DNA of 64,000 bases, taken from positions 1 to 64,000 of the forward strand of contig RSEE01000030.1 of the NCBI GenBank assembly GCA_003971905.1, read 5' to 3'. Each line of letters begins with the position of its first letter. The first letter of the stretch is position 1. The translations under genes and the position numbers were made by a program. This document shows positions 22,692 to 35,100 of this stretch, piece after piece. This DNA comes from Moniliella sp. 'wahieum' (lineage: Eukaryota). Below the pieces are notes generated by a model. It searched no databases, was not told the DNA's origin, and was given only the letters and a program-made list of their open reading frames with translations.

Positions 22692-23977
22692 ATGGCGGGA
22701 ATCCGCATCGCTCGGCTGGTATTGTACCCGATCAAGTCCTGTGCGCCGATGGAAGTGGACGAGGTGACGGTCACGGACCATGGGCTTCTGCACGACCGTG
22801 CTTGGGGCGTATGCGACGCCGAGACCAAGACGATCCTAACTCAGAGGGACTTTCCCTCCATGGCGTTGATCAAGCCTCAGCTCCGGCTCGATACGGGCAA
22901 GCTGCAGATCACCATTCCTCCGCCTGTGGGCCAAGAAGGCGTGGGGCCGACGGTAGAGGAACTGCCTCTCGAAATGGGCGAAGGCAAGGGAGAAGTGGCC
23001 CTTGCAGGGCTGCAACTATGGAACTCGGACAAACTCACCGGCTCCATCCTCAGTCCGTCCTTAGATGAAGCAGCAAGCAAGTTTTTGGGCCATCCGGTTC
23101 ACATTGTCCGCTTTGTTGGTCCTCCACGCAATGTGGATGCCCTTGTTCCCGTCACGCCTAACCCGGGGCAAGACCCGCGGGCCCATCTCAGTGCCCAAGC
23201 CAAGGCAGCCATTCGCCCCGACGTGGGGGCAGGGACATATCCAAGGTTTGTATCAGGACTGGTTTTCGCTGCACTTGTGCAGTATGGCATCCTTGCGCAA
23301 TGTCCAAGTGGCCCTGCTCAAGAGTTTGCACCCCAGTGAGAAGATCGACCCTGACATTCAAGAGCAAGCCGAGAGCACCAAATTTCCGCCCTTGGCCTAC
23401 CCGTTGCCACAGAAAAGGTCGATATAAAGTCTATGGACTAGTACGTCTGTCCGCTTGTGTGTTTGATGAGTGGAAGGATGCTAACTGTGACGCCAGCTGA
23501 GTACATCAAGTCCATGTCAATTCTGCGCTTCCGTCCCAACATTGTCCTTGACGGAGAAGCGCTAACGCCGTTTGAGGAGGATGAGTGGACCAAGTTGGAG
23601 GTGACTCATGCCAGCCAGGACGGTAGCCGACTGATGGAAATTGACATTCCGTTCCGCTGTGGTAGATGCCCGATCCCTACAATGGATCAAGACAAGGGCA
23701 AGAAGGATGCCTCGTTCCTTCCCAATCGGGTGTTGAACCAGTACCGCTTGGTGGACCCGCTGCAACGCTACAGCCCTGTGTTTGGCGTGTATGGCACGCC
23801 GATCGCATCCAGTGCGTCGTCGTCCTTCTTGCTTCTGGGTACCCACTGATTGCTAACCCGTTTTCTTACACAGATGGCACCCTACTTGTTGGCGACACGG
23901 TCCGGGTGGTAAGCACTGGCGAGCGACCGATGCTTACCAAGGGGGGCACCTCGCCCCTCCAAGGCGACGGGGGCTGA
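22692..23977 (+). CDS. MOSC-domain (mARC-like) protein
   Basis: LYPIKSC, GLLHDRAW, LTQRDFPSMALI (MOSC_N); RFRPNIV, FEEDEW, CGRCPIPTMDQ, PVFGVY, GTLLVGDTV. Two likely introns. Confidence 0.9.
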
Positions 23978-24208
23978 ACTTTTGCCGGGCGTGCCCTGGG
24001 GCAACATTCTGTTCGCGCTGTTCACTGTTCTGACAGGCGTCGGACTTGGTTTGTACGTGGCGCTCAACTAGACTCAAGGGTGTAATGTAAGGAAGGCGGA
24101 TTGTAACGCTATCAATGGTCAAGAGAAGAACAAGGGGGATGGGGGGATGAATATGGTAGAATTACAGTGCCACTGAGAAGGACTTGAGCCAAGTTGCAAG
24201 CTTCAGTC

Positions 24209-24715
24209 TCAGATGCCATGTTTCTTCTCCATGACAGCGTGCATGTCAACACCTTCCCAGTTACCACGGACAGGGAGGTATTCTTGGGGGTCGAGTGCCT
24301 CGTCGGTACCGCGAAGAATAGAGAGGTGCATGTCGGTCAAGCCGCCTCCAACAGTAGGGTAGTGAGGGTTCTGGTCCAACAAGGGCATGTCAGCGCATCA
24401 GAACTGGAAATAAGGAGGAGAGCTGTGACATACGTAAGAGACGATCTTACGCTCCATGAGCGTGTTGAGGGGCGAAGCAAGGCCGTGCAAGTTGCGCTGC
24501 ATGTTGAGCTGCATCTTATCGCGCGTCTCGTCCAAGCCCGAGGCGGTTCTCGAGCGGGTGCGATGCCCCGGCCCCGACGGCGCTGGACTGAGATTCAGCA
24601 GCAATGGAGCGAAGGCCATAGCGCATCGCGTCGTGCACGCCGGCGTACTGCGGGGGGAGGTCTGGCCGACGCTGGCCGTCAGCTGGGCCTCGGCGGGCAG
24701 AGGCACCATGGCCAT
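24209..24715 (-). CDS. UMP1: Proteasome maturation factor Ump1/POMP
   Basis: HD..RYGLRS, HPLENRL, ETRDKMQLNMQRNLHG, LMERKIV, HLSILRGTDE, DMHAVMEKKHGI*. One intron and indels. Confidence 0.85.
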
Positions 24716-25091
24716 GGGACGTTCGTCGGCGTGAGTGGATGTCTGTGCAAGGGAATGAGGTCAGCAGCAGCAGACGCCGGAGCGCAGTAAGGACGGACCA
24801 TGGCAGGCACAGCAGGTGGTGGTGGTGGTGGGGCTGTCCTGGCTGCTGCCGCCGGAGTGCGTTGACCCACCCGTGTTCAACCCAACCAGCAGGCGGGCGT
24901 CAGCGCCTACACCGGCACTTACGTCAGCGTCGCGGCTGCCCCCAGCGGAAACAGCGGAACAGCGCCCATCGTGGCGCCGAGCAGCAAGGCAGCATAATAG
25001 CCTGGATCGCATTCCGCCGGCCAGCCCAGCCGCACCAATAGTCAACCCCACTCATTAAACGTGTGGCCGCGCGCCCGCTTGGAGCGGCGCC

Positions 25092-28000
25092 ATGGACCCC
25101 GACGCGCTCTTCAGCTTCGATGCGCCCGAGCCCAGCACAGGCAAGCGCCCCGCCAGCAGCCGTCCTGCCCAGCCGTCGCCGCCAGCCAAGCTGGCCAGGC
25201 GACGCAGCCCACACCAGCGCCCCAGTCCCAGCCCCGGCCCCAGCCCCCGGCCGCCCGTCCTGCCCGTCGCCCGCTCCCGCCGCGCTGCCGACACCCCAAA
25301 CGACGCCCCGGCAATGCCCGCGTGGTGGTGACGGACGACTTTACTGCCGGTCCCTCCCAGCACAGCGACGCCCCCCTGCGCGTGTCTCCCCCGGGCGGAG
25401 GACAGCGCACGGCCCCCGACACAGCGTCTGCCACCCGCGCGGCTCGGCACCAAGCAGCCGTGCCAGCCGGCGTCACTTACCACCCCTTGTCCCAGCACTC
25501 ACCCACCGCACCGCCAGCCAAAAGCTATCCATTCACCCTCGACCCCTTCCAGCAAACCTCGATTGCGTGCATCGAACGAAACGAATCGGTTCTTGTGTCT
25601 GCACACACGTCGGCCGGCAAGACGGTGGTGGCAGAGTACGCGATTGCCCACTGCTTGCGGTCCAAGCAGAAGGTAATCTACACACTCCCATCAAGGCTCT
25701 CTCCAACCAAAAGTATCGCGAGCTGTTGGCTGAGTTTGGTGATGTGGGCTTGATGACCGGCGACGTGACGATCAACCCGAGCTCCAGCTGTTTGGTCATG
25801 ACCACTGAGGTGCGTCTCTCCTGTTCTCGCCCAATTGTACGAATGCGTGTTGGATCTGACCGTGTCGTTTTTGGTCCCCAGATCCTACGATCGATGCTCT
25901 ACCGTGGCTCGGAGGTGATGCGCGAGGTGGCCTGGGTCATCTTTGATGAGATCCACTACATGAAGGACAAAGAGCGTGGGGTGGTCTGGGAGGAAACTAT
26001 CATTCTGCTTCCCCGACAAGTGCGCCACGTCTTCTTGTCGGCGACCATCCCCAATGCGCTAGAGTTTGCCCAATGGATTGCCCAACTCCACCAACAAGTA
26101 TGTCACGTGGTCGCCACCAACTTCCGTCCTACGCCGCTACAGTATACCTCTATCCCGGTCGGCGGACGGCCTTCACCTTGTCCTCGACGAACAGGGGACA
26201 TTTCACGATGCCAGCTTCCAGAAAGCCATAAACGCTCTGCGTGTCTCATCGGGAGGGGAGGACCGACGCAGACGGCGCCATGGGGGCCGATCGACCAGGG
26301 CCCACCCGATGTACAAGTTGGTGAAGATGATCATGCTCAAAGGTTATGATCCGGTGATTGTATTGCCTTAGCCGACGCGAGTGCGAAGTGCTGGCGATGC
26401 AGATGAGCAAGCTTGACCTAACACGAAGAGGAAAAGGAGTTGGTCAGCACCGTCTTTTCCAATGCCGTCTCGCCCTCCCTGCTGCTGATCAGGACTTGCC
26501 CCAGATCAAGCATCTCCTCCCTCTCCTGCGACGCGGAATCGGGATTCACCATGGTGGGCTCTGCCCTTGTTGAAAGAGGTGGTGGAGATCATGTTCCAAG
26601 AAGGGCTGATCAAAGCCTCTTTGCCACTGAGACATTCTCCATTGGGCTGAACATGCCTGCCAAGACGGTAGTATTTACCAGCGTACGCAAGTGGGACGGC
26701 ACCGTGTTCCGCAACCTATCGGCAGGCGAAGTTATCCAAATGGCTGGCCGCGCTGGTCGACGTGGGCTGGATGATCGTGGGTGGTGATCATGATGTTGGA
26801 CGAACAGCTGAGTCCCAAGGAAACGATGCACATGATTTGCGGCCAGGCCGATCGATTGGACTCGGCGTTCCACCTAGGGTACAACATGGTGCTCAATCTG
26901 ATGCGGATTGAAGGCATTAGCCCGAGGCGATACTAGAACTGTCCTTTTACCACTTTCAGCAGGCCGCCCGCCTGCCCCAACTCCAGCAGGACCGAAGGGA
27001 AGCGCAAACAGCTGTCAAAGCCATGCAAATCCCTCACGAGACGGTTCTTGCCGACCTGGATGCGGTCCAGCGGCAATGGATGTATTGCAGGCTGATCGAG
27101 TTGCGGTTACAAGTCATCCGTCGTATGCGTTTCCCTTTCTCCAGACTGGAAGGCTGGTGCGGGTACAGGTGGATGGGCTAGACTTTGGCTGGGGCGCGAC
27201 GGTTGCCTTCAGAAACGAAAAGCGCCTCGAAGGAAAGACAAGGCGGCCGCGTTCGAACGGACGCAGTTGGAACGCAGCATGCTGCTGAGGGATACATTGT
27301 CGATGTGCTCTTGCCCATCTCCGAGACCACACCAGTTGACTTGCAAGGAGATGATGAACCTGCTGTCCCGGTCCCGACCTCCAAGGTGTTGGCCATGCTC
27401 CTGCTGCCCCGGGAAGGGTGAGATGGTGGCGTGCCGGTACTGCTTCGTGTATCAAAGACATCTCACTTGTTCGTATTAGCCTTCCCCATGACATTCGCCC
27501 GCCGCAGCACGCGACAGCAGCTCCGTGCGACTTTGGACCAGGTGGAGAGAGAGTGGGAGGAAGGGATCCCGCGTTTGGACCCTGTCAGCGATATGAAAAT
27601 TACCGACGATGCCTTTGCTCTATTGCTCCAGAAGATGGAGTTGCTGCGCAAGCGCAAGCACGACCTGAATCACAATCTGAACGCATTGGTCGCCAAGCAG
27701 GACGGATTTGCAAGCGAACGGGCAAGGAGGAAACAAGTGGCCACCTCAAGGCATTGTACCGTGCCAAGCTGGCTGCGGAAGAACGCGTCGAGTCGCTTTC
27801 GGCCCAAGTGGCCATGGCACGCAACGTGCTGCAGCTGGACGAGTTGAAGGCACGCAAGCGTGTCCTACGCCGGCTGGGGTTCGTCTCCGAGGCTGGTATC
27901 GTACTTCAAAAAGGTCGAGTGGCATGCGAGATCTTGGGTGGGGACGAGCTGTTGCTTACTCAGCTCATTTTTGAGGGTGGGTTTAAGGGGTTGGATCCCG

Positions 28001-28432
28001 GATTGTGTGCTGCGCTGGTTTCCAGCTTTGTGTTTGATGAAAAGAGCGAGACGACGGTCAAGCTTCCCGAGGGTCTACGCGAGCCAGTCCGCGTCCTGAT
28101 CGATACCGCGCGACGGATTGCCCGGGTCGGCAGCGAGCGAAAGTCGGATGGAGATTGATGAGGAAGCGTATGTGCGCTCCTTTGGTTTGGAGCTAGTACC
28201 CAGCGTAGTGTTGTGGTGCCAGGGTACGTCCTTTACGGAATTGGTCAAGACAACAGATGTGTTTGAAGGCAGCTTGGTCCGTTCCTTTCGTCGTCTAGCA
28301 GAACTGCTGCGCCAACTCGCCGAAGCGGCGCAGACGGTGGGCAACGAAGAGCTTCACCACCTCTTTCAAGCCAGCCGGGAAAGTCTGGAACGGCCCAACA
28401 GCATCATCTTCGCACCTTCCCTGTACCTGTAG
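25092..28432 (+). CDS. MTR4: Ski2-like DExH RNA helicase Mtr4/Dob1
   Basis: [96 protein letters not shown]. Intron ~25810-25881 and many indels. Confidence 0.95.
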
Positions 28433-28982
28433 CAGCAAATGCATACCCGTTCCAATCCATTCTAACCCACCCATCCTATCCTACATCATCTTCCCTCGGT
28501 CCCTACAGCCGCATGGTTCTATATCTCTCAGAGAGTGTGGATGTAGGAGGCCGCAGTCTTTCTCACAGGTAGGAAACAAGGGGGACTTTGCATTATGGAA
28601 AATGGTTCTGACTGAAAGAGAGGGGTCGACGCAATTGGGGCGGATCTCATGGCAACCGGTGCGGGTGGGCACACAGGTGTTTGGCTGCCGGGGAACTATC
28701 ACAGCCGCCACAGTCTGACTGTCGAAAACCCACAGCCGTTTGGCCAATGGGTCCACACCAAAGGGGAAAGCGGGGGGGGGGGGCGCAAAGTTCAGACAAC
28801 TTGTCTTCAGGCCTCAGGCGAATTTCATGCAAGGTAGTGCCATTGGCAGCTACTTCAGTGCTGGCGACCTGTGAAGACACACTCAGGAGGAGAACGTCAG
28901 TGTCGTCGGCATCAGCTTAGCTCCGTTAAGTAGACCGGACACGGGCGGGTGTGAAAAATTAAAATTTTGCTTAGATGACCAC

Positions 28983-29173
28983 ATCACCCAAAAATGCGTA
29001 TAAAGTTCCTTCAACAGTTTTTGGATACTGTGGCCACATGAGGTTGAGCGTTTTGGCCCAAGAGGTCAAGCACTTGGGTAATCACCCAAAATGCGTATAA
29101 AGTGCCTTCAAGAGTTTTTGGATACTGTGGCCACATGAGGTTAAGCGTTTTGGCCCAAGAGGTCAAGCACTTG
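28983..29173. repeat. Tandem duplication, ~98-bp period, 2 copies plus decayed sub-units to ~29240
   Basis: ATCACCCAAAA..TGCGTATAAAG..GGATACTGTGGCCACATGAGG..TTTTGGCCCAAGAGGTCAAGCACTTG at 28983 and 29081. Confidence 0.9.
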
Positions 29174-32100
29174 ACCCACCTGAGGTCAACCGGTTTGGCC
29201 ACATGCGCTCAAGCGCTTGGCCCAAATGGGCCCAAACGCTTAGCTGTTGATTGGATGCGTGCTTGTAGGCTCTCTAACCGGCTGGCTGGATGGGGCTGGC
29301 ATCGATCCAGAACTACTAGATTTATAGGCAGGGTAGGTATTTTTTAGGTATAGAATGCATTCGAAGATCGCTGGGAAGCGATGACACGGCAACCACGGTT
29401 AGGTGTGACGTCAGGCGGAAGCACCACAACATAGTAGAGCAGCGAGCGGTACAGAAAGTGGCAGGTTATGTGAGTGAGGGGAGTGCGCACTAGGGAGAAG
29501 CTGGCCAAGTGTGCAGCAGCATAGGGTTAGCGAGAGACACAGAAGATGTGCGACGGACTCACGGGTCAGGCGATCAAGACGGCCAGTAGCGAGGGCAAGC
29601 GGGATGAAGTCGGAATGCACACTGGTAGGGCGAACAAGGTCAGGAACAGCGTTGGCATAAACAGAAGGGACGTACGACGGCGAAACAGGTCAGATGAGTT
29701 GAGGCGAACAAGGCGAGAGACGAACCAACCGTGGGATTCCGTGCATACAGCAGCTGGGCAGACAGTGTCAGTGGGGCAGGACAACTCCAAGCGCGAAGTA
29801 CGGAGGACGTACGATAGCAAGGCAGACCAGCCAAGCGAGAGGACCTGAGGCGAGGCAAAATGGAACCAGACGGACAAGGCCGAAGGTGAGCGAAACGGTG
29901 CATGCACGTCATGCATGCGACCCACAAGGTCAGCAGAAGTGTGGGGAATGCGGAGGAGGAGGGCACGTACGATGGCTCTGCGGATCAGGTGAAACGAGGG
30001 CAAGATGGTCTGCGGAGGGGGAGTCTGTGTACGCGGGGTCAGCAACAGAGCGCTGGTGGGAAAGAGAACACATACGACAAAGCAATGCAGACAGTGAGAG
30101 GGGGACGGGGCGAGAGGCAGGGGGGCGCCAACAGCGATACTGACGAGGCGAGGAGGGCAGAGTGCGGCGGGAGGGGGAATAGATACGTACGGCAGCAATG
30201 CAGACCAGGCGCGGAGAACCGAGCGATGGGGGCGGGATGAGGACGGCGGGCAGTAAGCAGTGCAGGCAGCAACGATGGTGATGTTGGTGGCCAGGGGAAG
30301 AAGATGGGTGGCCAGGGGAAGAAGATGGTGCTGTTGCGCCGTGGCACAGGGATACTGGTTGCGGGCGCAATGAGAGGGGCGGTGGTGAGGAGACAGGATG
30401 CAACCACAGAGGAGCAGGAGGTTAAAAAGAGGCGCGTGTGGCGCAGCCAATCTGTGCGCACAGGCCAATCTGGGCTACGCCAGGGGCCTATAGGCAATCC
30501 TGGGCCACACCAGGGGCTATAGGTAGCTATTATATCTGTCTAACGCCGCACCACTAGCGGCCCCTGCAGCAGCGTTCGAGGGTCTAATCATCAATCAAGA
30601 GCGCTCTTTTGAGTTTGCCTATTTGCGACTTGCTGAGTACTAGTGTCTGTTGCGACGGTGACTGGCTTCACCGAGCGCGGCGCACTTGCAACCTCTCTAG
30701 CCCCGAAACTCCAAAGGGTCCCCGAAGATTGCCGATGCGCGCGTAAGCCAACGACTAGTAGCTTGTCCAGTAGCCCTCGTCCTGCTTCCTACCACCAACG
30801 CCTATCTCTCGCCCGCAATCGATCGCCTACGCTACTGTCCCAAACGCTTCAGCATCCATTGCGGTCTCCATAGCCGGGTGAATCGCTATACAGGTCACGA
30901 TTATCCTCCTTGAGCTATACTAGTGACGAGTGACTAGTGACCTACGGTGTTACATCAAAAGTCAAGGCGATAGCCCCTGGTCGAGGTCAAGGAGCTCCGA
31001 TGTGTTGTAACCATTCCATTTAGCTTTTGTGTTGGCTTTGTCCATGATCTCCGCATCCCTAAGGTATATAGCCTCTGTTGCTCTTTCATGCACCCTTGTA
31101 TTAAGCATGTCGTTGGCTGTGGCGTATTCGACCACCACACTGCCAACACTATAGTGCTACCACATCACCCATCAGGGTGGCCATCTGGACTGCGCCACTC
31201 TCATCTTCAGATAGGGGATGACGAATGTAATACGCCTTGGAAGAGCATCAAAGAAGCGGGAGAGCGTGCGTCTCTGGGAGAGGGGGCAAGTTTTAAGGTT
31301 AGAGGGGACAAGGTTTAAAAGGTTAGAGGGGGCCGTGATCGTCTGCCGGACCTGTGACAAAAAAGCACCACCAATGCATATCATATGTACAGGAACGAGC
31401 CGCACACGTGCACAATAGGACAGACGCATCTGCTGTACCTTTTCCCGCGGCTGGTCCACGGTGAAGCAGGACGAGGGGTTGCTGTACCAGTCCCTGCTTG
31501 CCCATTCGACCGATGTCCGGTTTCATGCACTCAAGCACACGAAGGTGCGCAGGTACAGCCACAACGTGGCGCTGGGTGCGAGGCTGCGGGCCAGTCACGC
31601 CATTGACGAGGTGGCCGAAGATGCGAGCATCCCCAGCCACCTGACGCATGCTCGCCTTCCATGCTTCCCGTGCTCCTCGCCTGTAGACACTACCATGGCC
31701 GAGGACGAGTTATGCCAGACGTAGCCCAGTGTTTCCTTTGGACCACCTTCAAGAGCCCACGGGCGCGTCCTTTGCGCCCGCGGGCGCATGACAACCCGCT
31801 CGGCCCCCGAATGAGCGTGTCGAGCAAATCCGCAACCAAGAGGACTGATATTCATCTGCGATCTCACACGGAGGGTATCCCTGGCACAGAGGGCACCAAT
31901 ATCCGAGCTAGGGGTTTGTTGGCTAACCTAAAGACTGGGGTTGGGAAGATGTGCGCACTATGCTTGTTGCTCTCCCATTCGCGGCGCTCCCCATCCTCGA
32001 GACACCTGATGGCGTCGATATTCCACGAGTAGTGCTGGCCCCCAGCCAATAACAGGATTGCAACGAAGGGTGCCATGCGCCTGTGGGACAAGCGCGCCAA

Positions 32101-35100
32101 GAAGAAGACACCTGCCGTGGCCGCTGTCGGAGGAGGGGGGCAACAGCGACGACTCTTCGGACAGTGACAGTGATTGATGCGAGAACCAAATGGACATGCA
32201 TTGGCGATGAGGATGAGTATAGGTTTGGTGGCAGTCGTCAGTCATCAGTAGCCAGCCATAGGGTGGTGCGCATCCCGGACCCATCAGCCGGAACCTCTCG
32301 AGACGTGAGATGGGGCGATGGCTGCGCTTTGACATGATGCGCATGCGCACATAAGCTTCTTTTGCCGGCAAACGTGCCAGGGACGGATGACTGTCATGCG
32401 TCCCACGCGCAGGGGCATGCCGAAGGGAAAGGGCGGTTACGGAGCAAGAGCCAGACGGTGAGGCGTGGGTTGCAGCCCCAAATGGATGTCGCCACAATCG
32501 TCGGGTCTCTGCCACCGGCCTCTTCAGCCCCATTCCGCTTATGCAGCCGATTTACCCATTTTCCAATCCCGCCATGACCCATGTTTCAATTTTTCACACG
32601 AGGGAACTTAATAATCAACATACTTCCACAAGGGGAGTCGCGAAGGGGCAAGATACATTGCGGCCTCGGCTGGCTCGCGGTCGGCGTGGGAACGGAGGCA
32701 TTAATGAGCCGGTAGGCTGTGCGGTGGCCTCTGAGAGCTGACGATAGGGAATGGTGGATGAGACGATATGTTTGTCCGTCGGATTCGGGTAAATTTTAAG
32801 CGGCGCCTCCCTCGTCCACACCCAGGACGAGGCGTTGTAAACGCCAGCGGGGAAAACGTGAGAACTGAGAGATATTGATGCTCAAGAGCACCACGAGGAT
32901 GAGGCCATCAGAGTCCTGGCTGCTTGGGTTAAATCCTTTGTGCCAGAGGCCCGCAAGGTGTGGTTCCTCTCTACTCCTGCTCTTCCGAGGGGTTAGGGTC
33001 CCAACATCACTACTACTGGGTAGCCGTATGCCTCTCTTCGCCTTCCGCACACTGCGCCGCGTCTCGTCCTGATGAGTCATTTTCCTCCACAGTCGCGGCG
33101 CAGTGTGGATGCGTGTGTTGTGCGGGATTATGGTCTGCACACAAAAAGCGAAAGCGTTGGCTTCAGCACAGCCTTGTGGAATTCGCCAAACCTGGATTGT
33201 GGTAGCGAGTGGATACCAATATTATGTGCTCGAGTGAAGACGTTACAGGCCACACACTGCACTGTGTTCCTGCGCGAGGAATGGCACAGAGTACTACATC
33301 AGTTGAAACCAGTCAGAACCCGCGTGTGGGTGAACCCAAAGCACCGTATTGGGGGCTGACATTGAGGAAAGCCAAGTGTAGTTCAACGCATTGCTGCACC
33401 AAATGGGTTGGTTTCGATCGCATTGGCACCCCGTTCACTTTCTACCCTTGTCTAGTGAGGTGATTTCGCGTACCGAAACCTTCGCCTGGGCATGAATCGC
33501 TACCCTCTATTAGAACAGCAAGGTTTTGAATCCTCTTCTTGTGCCTCTCCTCTCCTTTTGTAGTTCATGTCGGGCAAAATTCAGACTATGACCCCATTGT
33601 GGGCGTAATCTGCATGATCCGACGGACGAACTCCTGATTTCACATGCGTCATCAAGAGGCAACTCCCCTCTTAGTTGCCTCTGCTCTCCGCTTCTAACCT
33701 AACACCTATATCCATCTCTCGCAGCTTTTCATATCTTATTACAGCCGTTTAGTTCCGGGTCCCCGTGGAGCCTCCACAAGCCCTCACAGCTGCTTCTTGC
33801 GATGCACCGCTGTTCAGCACGGTCAATTATTGTTACTCGAATAAGGTCCTATTATCTGCATCATCAGAACAATGTGTGTGGAAGAGTAGTGTATTTCCTT
33901 CTCTAGTATATGCATCCCTCCCTTAGCTGGCATCAACGGCATTTTGTTTCTCAGAAAGCAAGTAACTCGTATCATTGATTTTGTCCAATACGACAACGGA
34001 GAAACCCTCCTCAATCGTATCCTATACATCCGAATCTGATGATAAACCATGCGATTTTTCCTCTACACCACATATTCTCTTGGTCGATGATCCAAGTCAG
34101 CATGGGTTGTGGTTGTGTATAGTATGCACGCTTTTTTTCTCTCTCCGTCACAGTCTCAGACGTGTGAATCACTTTTAATGACCTACATGTCAGAGGATCT
34201 CTGGGGACTCGGTAAGGAGAAATGTAAGGATCCCTCATCCGTTTTCCATAATCGAATCACTTGGAGCTCACCGGGCCTACGGCCCGGTCACCCAGTGGGG
34301 CTTGTTCACCCCAGCCTGGTTTGTGCTGGGCCACCACCGCCACCGTGGCCACCGCTCCACCCTTCCACCGTGGCGCTAACAAAGCAGCACACGCCGGATG
34401 AACGGTTCGATTTAGGCGCAGCGTTTCTTTGTCCGAGCCTAGTTAAGCTCAGTCAATGATATGGTTACAGTTAGACGTAGCGTTCCCCCTGTCCCACAGC
34501 CTTAAGCTCTGTCAATGAAATGGACGCGGTATAGGGATTAATCACCCCCCTCCTTTTGAGCTTTTTTCTGAAAGCCTCTCATAATGGCTGAGACTTGAGA
34601 AGCATTCTGAAGTCGAACACGGTGAACTATACGCCCTGGACGCCCTGAACGCCCACACTTCCCTACAATTTAAATAAGCAGGTCTAATCACATCTTCGGC
34701 ACCGCATCAGGTACAGAAGAGAACGAAGCCCAAGAGGTGTTATCTCCAGAGAGACCTCAGGCCTCAGGGGCCTGGTGATGCCTGATAATGCCTGAATTTC
34801 TGAGATGATCTGAAGCTTATTGAAGCCGGTCACATGTGCAACCACAGTACACCTTTTTAATGGCGTGTGACATCTCTGTTGGTGAGTTTCTGGCTCATTT
34901 TCTTAAGGAGAGCCGGCACTATCTGAGAAGAAGAATTCCAATTCAGATCTCGTTGCGGCGTCCCTCGGTCAGAGGAATGCGAATATGAGCTCTGCGTGGG
35001 AGGAGAAGCGAGCAGGTTCAAGAACTGATATGCACTGGTGGTACATCGACCACCACAGAGAGGCGTATGTGGTGTCTAAGGCTGCCGAGATCCACCTGTA

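Noticed and set aside
29404..30954. TGTGAC...GTTACA as a 1.55-kb solo LTR
   Set aside because: Flanks TTAGG and TCAAA are not a TSD, and there is no second copy.
31461..31724. FHALKHT as a tyrosine-recombinase HxxR box
   Set aside because: The catalytic Arg is Lys, and no downstream GH/W or Tyr motif follows at the expected spacing.
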